64,000 bases of DNA from positions 26,288,001 to 26,352,000 of the forward strand of contig OX597821.1 in assembly GCA_951406725.2 (NCBI GenBank). Direction: 5' to 3'. Below are positions 54,963 through 64,000 of the stretch, in pieces. Every line of letters begins with the position of its first letter. The stretch's first letter is position 1. This DNA is from Octopus vulgaris. Taxonomy: Eukaryota. A model generated the notes under the pieces. The model had not been told where the DNA came from, made no database searches, and worked only from the letters and a program-made list of their open reading frames with translations. A program made the translations under genes and the position numbers.

Positions 54963-55330
54963 TATATCTATATATACATATACTAACATTTCCTTATACA
55001 CATCGCAGTTCAAGGCAGCAGGAACAATATTTAGAAAGATGTTGTTTACAAATACTAAACGAAAATTGATAATGTATTGTGGCATCTAGAAAGGTAAAAA
55101 ACAAGAGTAATTTATTAGAGAGGTGTGATGGAATGAATTGAGTTTCACTGGGGGAAAAAATCGTAAACTGAATCAACGTAAGATAAATAAAGACGATATG
55201 CCTCTAAAACGCTGTCATACAGCGTTACTGTCTATTCGCTTTTTAAAATTTTTATATAGCATTTCTCTGCACTGCATTATTTACACTGCCTTGTTATATA
55301 CATACATACATACATACATACATACATACA

Positions 55331-55365
<35 letters not shown>

Positions 55366-55402
55366 GTGTGTGTGTGTGTGTGTATATATATGTGTGTGTG
55401 TG

Positions 55403-55437
<35 letters not shown>

Positions 55438-55480
55438 TTATCTAGTTTCAGCTCACGAGTTGTGGCCATGCTGGGGCACC

Positions 55481-55525
<45 letters not shown>

Positions 55526-55598
55526 CTGCGAACTAGCAGAGTCGTTAACACGCTGGGCAAAATGCTTAGTGACATTTCGTCCGTTTAAAAAAAAGTAT

Positions 55599-55913
55599 AG
55601 GCGCAATGGTCCAGTGGTTAGGGCAGCGGACTCGCGGTCGTAGGATCGCGGTTTCGATTCCCAGACCGGGCGTTGTGAGTGTTTATTGAGGGAAAACACC
55701 TAAAGCTCCACGAGGCTCCGGCAGGGGGTGGTGGTGATCCCTGCTGTACTCTTTCGCCACAACTTTCTCTCACTCTTTCTTCTGTAGGCCTGCTCGCTTA
55801 GCCAGCGGGGTGGCGTCATTTGAAGGCTAAAAAACAATGCGAAGCGCATTGTGACCAGCGATGTGTAGCAACATCTGATAGCCTGGTCGGTCACAGTGAT
55901 CACGGTGATCACG

Positions 55914-55918
<5 letters not shown>
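55599..55918 (+). mobile_element. SINE family A, full length
   Basis: tRNA head; tail ends in (CACGGTGAT)n. Confidence 0.88.
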
Positions 55919-55948
<30 letters not shown>

Positions 55949-56255
55949 GTTAGAGGCATTCGGCTCATGATCGTTAGGTCTTGAGTTCAATTCACGACGG
56001 CGCGTTGTGTCCTTGAGCAAGACACTTTATTTCTCGTTGCTCCAGTCCACTCAGCTGGCAAAAATGAGTAGTACCTGTATTTATATATATATATATATAT
56101 ATATATACCTTCATATATTGTAGAACATGCAAGTTTCTCAGCGTTCCAAACTGACTGCAGCTAATCCTTTTGGTCCTTTTCCAAAAGAATCTAAACCAAT
56201 TTTACCGAATCCTGCTTCTTTTCGCTTCTAAAGCATGTTGGTTCCGACAATATTA

Positions 56256-56483
56256 CCTATTTCTTTAATACCCACAAGGGGCTAAACACAGAGGGGACAA
56301 ACAAGGACAGACAAACGGATTAAGTCGATTATATCGACCCCAGTGCGTAACTGGTACTTAATTTATCTACCCCGAAAGGATGAAAGGCAAAGTGGACCTC
56401 GGCGGAATTTGAACTCAGAACGTAACGGCAGGCGAAATACCGCTTAAGCATTTCGCCCGGCGTGCTAACGTTTCTGCCAGCTT
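56256..56483 (-). mobile_element. SINE family D
   Basis: Near-identical to 62731-62947. Confidence 0.85.
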
Positions 56484-57044
56484 TACCGTCATAGAGAATG
56501 ACACATATTTGCAGCCAATAAATATTACTGAGGTATTCTCCTGACGATCTCTTCACTAAGTTCAAGAGAGGCCTACAACAGAGTGTTACTGTCATACATG
56601 AGACGGTGATGCTGTTGCATACACTGATATCTTAAATAACACTTTTAGATTAGCATTAACTGTCATTCTACAAGCCCTGGCCTGCAGATGTGCTGCTCCT
56701 CAGTCTATCTTTATAACGATACTGCAATAACTTTAGTATCAAAAGCACTCGTATTTGGTGATCTCTCCTCTTCTCGTGGTCCAAATTGTATCGTCTTATA
56801 CAAATTAAGTCTTTTACAAACTAAGTCTTATACAAATTAAATCGCCCAGTTCTTTCTCCCCACAACGCCAACCCTTAAAAATTCGTTCCCTGCCTGTTTT
56901 TCCTGCTGTTATGAATTTACAACTTCGTCGATTTCACTAGATTCGATGAAGATGCTATTGTGGCCATATGCACAATAACTTCATCAAAATCAAACCAATA
57001 ATCACAAAAATATAAAACGTTAGTATCGGTGTGTTCATTGATTC

Positions 57045-57205
57045 ACAAGCTGATATCATAATGGCCTATACAACATTCTTTCAATTATGTTACCTATCTG
57101 GTCAACATTGTGGTAGACTTGAAGGTGGAGTTTATGATTGGAGGAGAAACGGTCTTTAAAGCTCTCTTTGTTCATACCAATATAATATTTTTTGTTTTTG
57201 TGTAC
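57045..57205 (-). pseudogene. Penelope-like GIY-YIG endonuclease remnant
   Basis: KKYYIGMNKESFKDRFSSNHK, then after a frameshift STTMLTR*VT*LKE..YDIS, resembling the PLE STxLSxYIWxLK block. Confidence 0.55.
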
Positions 57206-57404
57206 CCCTTGAGATTTTAACATCACTCCAAAGACTGTAGGCTTCCCGGATACAATCTGAATAGCCCTTCTAAGACCACCCATTATTGCGCTGTCAATAT
57301 TTTTTATACAGCTATGACTGACTTTGGTGTTGCTTTTTTGAAACAGCCTGTGATATTTATTATTGATTGGGAAGTCATTTTAATTAGAGCTAAGAAATTC
57401 TTGA

Positions 57405-57706
57405 TGTTCCTTCCTTCTCGAGGCCATGCCTGGCTCATAAGGGCCGATTTCCCGGTTTCTTGGCGTAGAGGTTCTCCACCTGGACGGGAGCCGGTCCGTC
57501 GCAGGTGAGCTGCAAGATGCAGGAGGAAAGAGTGAGGGAAAGTTGTGGCGAAAGAGTCAGCAGAAGTTCGCTATTACCTTCTGCCGGAGCCGCGTGGAGC
57601 TTAGTTGTTTCGCTCATAAACACACATATCGTCCGGTCTGAGATTCGAACCCGCTATCCCTCGACCGCGAGTCCGCTGCTCTAACCACAAGGCCATGTGC
57701 CTCCAC
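57405..57706 (-). mobile_element. SINE family B
   Basis: Similar to 20412-20718. Confidence 0.85.
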
Positions 57707-57929
57707 ATGTACGTTTACCTAAGAAATTCTGACTGTATTTGATCAACATTTTTTACTTAAGTGGGGATTCAATTGAATGATATTATATTTACTATGGTTG
57801 TTTCTTTGTTATTCATGTTTGGGTCAGTAACTGATTTCCCCTCACCCCTTTTATCACACTTTTCAGATAAGGAATTATTGTAATACCGGGCGTTATTGAC
57901 GACTGTCCTTTATGTGAATATATTAGTTA

Positions 57930-58228
57930 TCACGTGATCACGTGACCGACCAGACCATCAGATGCTGTTACACATCGCTGGTCACAATGCGTTCGCATTG
58001 TTTTAGCCTTCAAATGACGCCACCCCGCTGGCTAAGCGAGCAGGCCAACAGAAGAAAGAGTGAAAGAAAGTGTGGTGAAAGAGTACAGCAGGGATCACCT
58101 GCCGGAGCCTCGTGGAGCTTTTAGGTGTTTTCGCTCAATAAACACTCACAACGCCCGGTCTGGGAATCGAAACCGCGATCCTACAACCTCGAGTCCGCTG
58201 CCCTAACCACTGGGCCATTGCGCCTCCA
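57930..58228 (-). mobile_element. SINE family A
   Basis: Reverse complement of 55599-55918; flanked by ATATTAGTTAT on both sides. Confidence 0.85.
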
Positions 58229-58789
58229 CATATTAGTTATACTTCTACTTATAACAGTATATTGTTTAATATATTGGACTGGAGGTTAAAATCTTTACGT
58301 ACATGGTCTCATTTGGTTTTTCACATGGCTGATACATACCTGCTTCAGGTCTAATATAATATAAAGGAAGCTAATTACGCTTATGACAGTAGTGTTATAA
58401 ATGCTGAAATCCTTGAATTCATATACTTACCTTTCGTATGACCGTGTTGTATGAAACTGCAAGGCAATCCACCGCTACTATATAATCCCATATCTAGGGT
58501 TTCAATTTTGTTTTTAGCGTATCTAGGATATATAATACGACCAGCTCATATATTTAAGCTCTGTCATACCCCACCCATGTTAATATCAAGTTAGAAACTG
58601 CTGCTTTTAATCTATAAAAAAATAAAATCAGAAATTTCTTAGCATTTATTAATAACTCGGCATCGTTACTATCTCGATGTTACGTTTCTTGCCGAATTTT
58701 AGTGTCATGGCGAGGAAGGGTTTGGAAATTGACGTGTAGAACATTGCATCTATTTTTGTCCTTGTTGCTATAGAACGAATTACAACATT

Positions 58790-58821
<32 letters not shown>

Positions 58822-58897
58822 TAGTTCTTCAACTAAGTAATTGATATTTAAAACGGAACTGATAAAACAATCTTTCCTTACGCATGTTGTCTTAAGG

Positions 58898-59326
58898 CAG
58901 TGGTTCTCAACCGGAACCCATATGGCTGCTGAGGCTTCATAGAAGATTTTTGGGGGTCAACGCAACAAAATAGTAAACTGGGTACCCACAATAGTATTTT
59001 AAGGGCCACTGAAAAAATTTCGGTGTAGATATATGTATTGGTATGTATTGCAAGAAACTGCTAGGTTTCTTTCTCTGACATTTTACATAGTTCAACCAAC
59101 TTCAGTTAATGTGTGGAAGACAAACTAGGACGGTTCTATAAAACTAATTTTAAACATCATATGGCTATGAAGGTCTACTCGAATAAAATAATAATCAAAG
59201 GGGTCCATAGGTAAAAAAAAATGCTCGAGAACCCCTTGCTTCAGGTCACGTATTATGAAGGTCTCCTCGAATAAAATAATAATCAAAGGGGTTCATAGGT
59301 AAAAAAAAAATGCTCGAGAACCCCTG
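58898..59326. mobile_element. hAT-like MITE with tandemly duplicated right end
   Basis: CAGTGGTTCTCAACC ... GCTCGAGAACCCCTTG at 59238. About 70 bp of the end are repeated at 59254-59326. Confidence 0.7.
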
Positions 59327-59572
59327 GGGTTTATGTTGATTATGTTGCTCGAGAACTCCTAGGGATTATGTTGACTGAATGAACTCAAGTACATGACTGA
59401 CAGTTATTTTATCAACATTGAATGAAATTGAACACAACGCTTTGAGAAACGAAACTGAAAACCGTTCAGTCCATATGACTATTACTACTGTTATTTAACC
59501 ACCATTTGGTTCATTGGGTACTTGATGTTGTGTTTGAATTGGTAGAATCATTAACGCTTACACATCGTACTC

Positions 59573-61930
59573 AATAAGGCCCTAATTTATGCAATGAATA
59601 AGGTAAGAATGACTTATGATGAAGTTGCTGTTGTTAAAACGGCTAGGAAATCGTTGATTAGATATAATAATAAATTGTGGGCTAGGAAGGATACTAGGGA
59701 CTATTTTGATATACCTATGGGAACACCCGATTCTGCACAAGTAACTGATTTAGTAGGTATTTATTTATTATCGGAACTTCAATTAGAAAAATTGAAGTTG
59801 GAGGGTGGTCTATATAGTGATGACCTTTTATTAATAATTAAGAATTGCACCAATAGAACACTAGAATTATATAAGAAGAAACTATATAGTTTTTTTTAAA
59901 GATATGGATTGAGTATTACTATATGTAATGAGAACTATAATGTTAATTATTTAGATGCTGATTTTAATTTAATAACAGATAAAACCCAAACATTCCATAA
60001 AATTGATGAGAACCTTAGATATATTAATGCTAATAGTAATCATCCACCTTCTATTAAGAAATCATTGATAGATAACAGGTAAAAGAATATCGTTGCTTTC
60101 TTCTAATTTGGAGATTTTCCCAAAACACGTACCTTATTAAAAGGAAACCCTGCAAGAGGCGGAATATAATAATAATATTAAATTCTTTAATAATTCTAAA
60201 TATGCTTATAATATAAAAGATTATAATATAAGTGATTCCTGTATTATGATACGTTTTATTTAGGTAATTATGGTATTGATAATATGTATTATGATAATAC
60301 AAAACATAAATATAATAACGGAGTAAAAAATAAAATAAAATTTAATTCATTTAATGAAAATAAATTTAACAATATAAAAAATAAATATAATAATATTAAT
60401 AATAACAAAATTTGGTTAATTATTCCTTATGGAGCTCAAGTTAAAACAAACATCACTAAAGAGATTTTAAAAAATATAATCATATTTTTCTAGTAATAAT
60501 TTTGGAGTTGGTTATTCTACTACTAATAATGTAGGTAACATTATTTCTTCTTTTAATAAATTTAAGCTGAATAAGTTTTACAAGAACAAATCAAATAATC
60601 ATTCCAATAATAATAATATAATTAATTGTACGTGTAAAGATAAAACTAATTGTAAATTTAATAATAAATGTAATTTCGATGATGTATATAAATGTATAGT
60701 GACTTTGATTGATGATAATAATAGGAATGGTTATAATTTAAATGCAATTTACAGAGGGTTGACTTCTAATAAAATTAAATTACGGGTGGCTCAACACATG
60801 AATAGAAATTTAATTAATTCTACTGACCTTAGTAAATACATATGGGAACTAAAATCTAAAAATATTAAGTACAGTTTAAATTGGGAGATGGTTTGTAAGG
60901 CAAAATCATATCGAATAGGTAGTATTTTTTAAAATTATGTACTAACGAATTTAAACAGATATTAACTAATAATAAAACTTTGATTAATATCCTCGACGAA
61001 AGAAACATTAAATGTAGACATAAATCAAATTACTTATAGAATAAGTTTAGCTAATTTGTGTATATATATAAACCCTGTTTTATGTTATTAATTGTAGTAG
61101 TTAAAATTTGTAGTTGTAAAAAGTGTATAAATTAGCACGAGATTATATAGTCTATATTACATAAATAGAATAAGTTGAATATTAGATGTTTATAAAATAG
61201 ATAAATTAATTAAGGAGAATAAATTAAATTAAGGAATTTTAGCTTAATTTATGCTTATTATTTCACGCATTTGGTATTTAAATTATTTAGACTTTATAAT
61301 TTTTCCAGTTAATAGTATATTAAAGTTAATCTTTTTCCATACACTTACAGCGAAAATACATTTGTAATTTCAATAGCTTAAATACATATTTCTATCTATT
61401 TCTTCTATAAATTCTATTTACTCCATATTTTCACGCGATATATTTCTTATATTTCTTATAAACGCTAAGTTCGACGTTTTACGTTTAAATTGTTAGATAA
61501 CGAAAATCCTTCGACAAGATAAGTTATATTTTTATTTTAAGAAATATTGTTAAATGCTTTTCGATTATTTATAGTTAATACACGTATTTTTTTAATATAT
61601 ATATTTGATAATTAGTATAAGTTAAGATAAGTACATTTATTCTATTATTATTATTTTTTATTTTTATTATTTATTATCTTAGACCTGATGAGTGACTATA
61701 TTTTTAAATAGAATTGATTTTAGTTCGATTTAATTTTGAATAGAATTGATTTTATTATTATTATCTATTTAAAAATATAGCCATGAAACTTGCGTAGTCT
61801 TTTTACTACTATTTACTATTTATTGTACTTTATTGATTTAAAATAAATTTTTTCCATAGTATATGTTTTCTATACGGCGTGAATAACATTTTTCTTTATT
61901 GAATTGTATTATAGTGGTTTTTCTGGAAAT
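59573..61930 (+). mobile_element. 5'-truncated Penelope-like retroelement (Neptune-type): RT, GIY-YIG and pLTR
   Basis: FDIPMGTPDSAQVTDLVG, GLYSDDLL, NYLD, SNHPP, CTCKDKTNC..NNKC, IYRGLT..KLRVAQH, STDLSKYIWELK. Frameshifted; HHR in the 3' non-coding part. Confidence 0.9.
61681..61800 (+). ncRNA. Type I hammerhead ribozyme with greatly extended helix II
   Basis: agac CTGATGA [21-bp stem gtgactatatttttaaataga / tctatttaaaaatatagccat] GAAA c-ttgc-g TA gtct. Predicted cleavage after 61796. Confidence 0.85.
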
Positions 61931-61967
61931 TATATACATCTACATATACATACATACATACATACAT

Positions 61968-62002
<35 letters not shown>

Positions 62003-62730
62003 TACACAAATATATATATATATATGTTTACACACACGCACTCTCACTCACATACATATTTTGTCTCCTGAAAATAAAAACGCTTGTGTACCATTAATCT
62101 TTATATTAAAGCACTTTGCAGAATTATTGTAAAGAAACATACATAGACAAAATATATTTATGTTAATCGATATACATGATATTATGTACATAATTGCACA
62201 TACGAACCTGACCCTGTTTCGCAGCGGCTCCTGGCGGAACACACATTACCGAAGTCTATATTTAAAAGATAAATAGCAATATATCGATATATTTCTGTTC
62301 AGTTTTGTGTACCGTACGGTATTGGATACACCACTGGAAGGCTGACGTTGCGGCAGTTTCGCTCCTTGGTTTTTTCCCATTTAAGAAGTCCCTAACAATA
62401 CCACATCCTATTGACTGATCCGTAGAATCCTCCCTTCCGACTACCACTAATTATCTGTCGTGTGAAAAAGAATCTCCACGCATTTGTGTCCAGTTATTTG
62501 GAAGACTTGAGGAAGACAAGTGAGGTTTATCTATTTGGAATCATGATAAAGCAATATATAAAACAATGAGATCTTTTAGTATAAAACTATTTGAAATTAT
62601 CATTGGAACGACAAAGACGTCGGCGACCACCAACATCACCAGCAACAGCACCACCACCAGCACCACCAGCACTAGCGCCACAACCACCACCATTATCACC
62701 ATCACTGCCGCAGCCGCCGCCGTTACCGAT

Positions 62731-62947
62731 ACCTATTTCTTTACTACCCACAAGGGGCCAAACAAGGACAGACAAACGGATTAAGTCGATTACATCGACT
62801 CCAGTGCGTAACTGGTACTTAATTTATCGACCCCGAAAGGATGAAAGGCAAAGTCGACCTCGGCGGAATTTGAACTCAGAACGTAACGGCAGACGAAATA
62901 CCGGTAAGCATTTCGCCCGGCGTGCTAACGTTTCTGCTAGCTCGCCG
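62731..62947 (-). mobile_element. SINE family D with TSD
   Basis: Flanks CGCCGTTACCGATACC / CGCCGTTACCAATACC. Confidence 0.88.
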
Positions 62948-63170
62948 TTACCAATACCACCATACTCACCTTTATCAACAACACCGCTACCATGCCGTCG
63001 ACGGCACCCATCCCCACCATCATTGCTCGATAGATGTGCTTTTCTGGTTTTTTGAGGGGTTTCGTCGGAGGCCAATTGTTTGAACTGGAGCTCTCGTCGC
63101 TGGTGCTGGAGTGCAATGATTGAAAAAACTTATATTTTTCCTGGTATTTAACTCTGTGCGTTAATGATGG

Positions 63171-63360
63171 CTTCCCTCTGATCACGTGTCAGTGACGAGA
63201 GAGTCATCTCTCTCATCTTGTTCTTCATACTTTCTGTTTTTCTCTGCCACCCTTCCCTATTCTTTTCCTCTCCCCTTCACCATTCCTCTCTTTTCCTCCT
63301 CCTCCTCCTCCTCCTCCTCCTCCTCGACTCTCTCGTCACTGACACGTGATCAGAGGGAAG
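63171..63360. repeat. Perfect 35-bp inverted repeat around a 120-bp pyrimidine tract
   Basis: CTTCCCTCTGATCACGTGTCAGTGACGAGAGAGTC at 63171-63205 and its reverse complement at 63326-63360. Confidence 0.9.
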
Positions 63361-63844
63361 GCATCTTTCTAACTACTATCTTCACCAAGACAAGACCGCT
63401 TATCCTGTCTCTCTAATAGGCTGTCTCCTCAAGCGTTCAGAATAATTTTTCCATCGTCTTGACTTAACAACCCTCATCGTTTGTTTTCACTGTGTTATTC
63501 TCTTTGTTCTGTGTTTAACTGTTTTTACTTTTATTGTTTTTACTGTCTTGTTTTGTTCTTACTGTCCTGTTTTTGTTACCACTTTTACCCATCCGCAAAA
63601 AATCCCAAATTGTATTTAATTTGCTTTGCGAGAAGGACTGTTTCAACGAAGTCGCGTCTTGTCCTTACATTTAGAACGCGGAGTAGACGAAACAGGGACA
63701 ACGGAAGAAGGGGAATATTCCTTATGTTGTATGTCTTGTACTCTGTTTTTTCGTTGTTTGAAAAGAAAAGTTCGTTTCCATGTTTTTGTTTTTATGTTTT
63801 CGTTTCTCATTGTGTTCAACGTTTTTTTGTCCTATACCCATATA

Positions 63845-63923
<79 letters not shown>

Positions 63924-63967
63924 AGAATGTACGAACCCCCCCCCCAAAAAAAAAAAGATGTGTGTCC

Positions 63968-64000
63968 CTTTCTGTAGAAGAGCGTAGGCTCGAAACGTAA
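63968..64000 (+). ncRNA. Minimal hammerhead-like motif (CUGUAGA), cut by the window edge
   Basis: cttt CTGTAGA a gagc-gtag-gctc GAAA cg TA a. Confidence 0.55.

Noticed and set aside
58422-58431. ATACTTACCT, matching the U1 snRNA 5' end
   Set aside because: No further U1 similarity; it may be a minus-strand splice donor or chance.

Overview
AT-rich eukaryotic DNA dominated by repeats, with no confidently identifiable host gene. The microsatellite load and tRNA-SINE repertoire suggest an Octopus-like cephalopod (inference). It contains at least five tRNA-derived SINE families with shuffled heads and tails, and decayed mariner/Tc1, hAT, Merlin-like and Helitron-like DNA elements. LINE fragments are RTE, CR1/L2-like, R4/Dong-like and L1/Tx1-like, and there is a 3.9-kb 54-bp minisatellite. 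Three Penelope-like (PLE) remnants carry RT and/or GIY-YIG motifs. The main hidden signal is about ten type I hammerhead ribozyme (HHR) motifs in several unrelated short PLE-pLTR or retrozyme-like elements. Their cores covary at the 3-8 tertiary pair (C-G, G-C, U-A, U.G). One family has a fixed CUGUAGA core and one copy has a very long helix II. Nearly all ORF-track entries are microsatellite or SINE artefacts. Coordinates were read by eye and ends may be off by a few bases.
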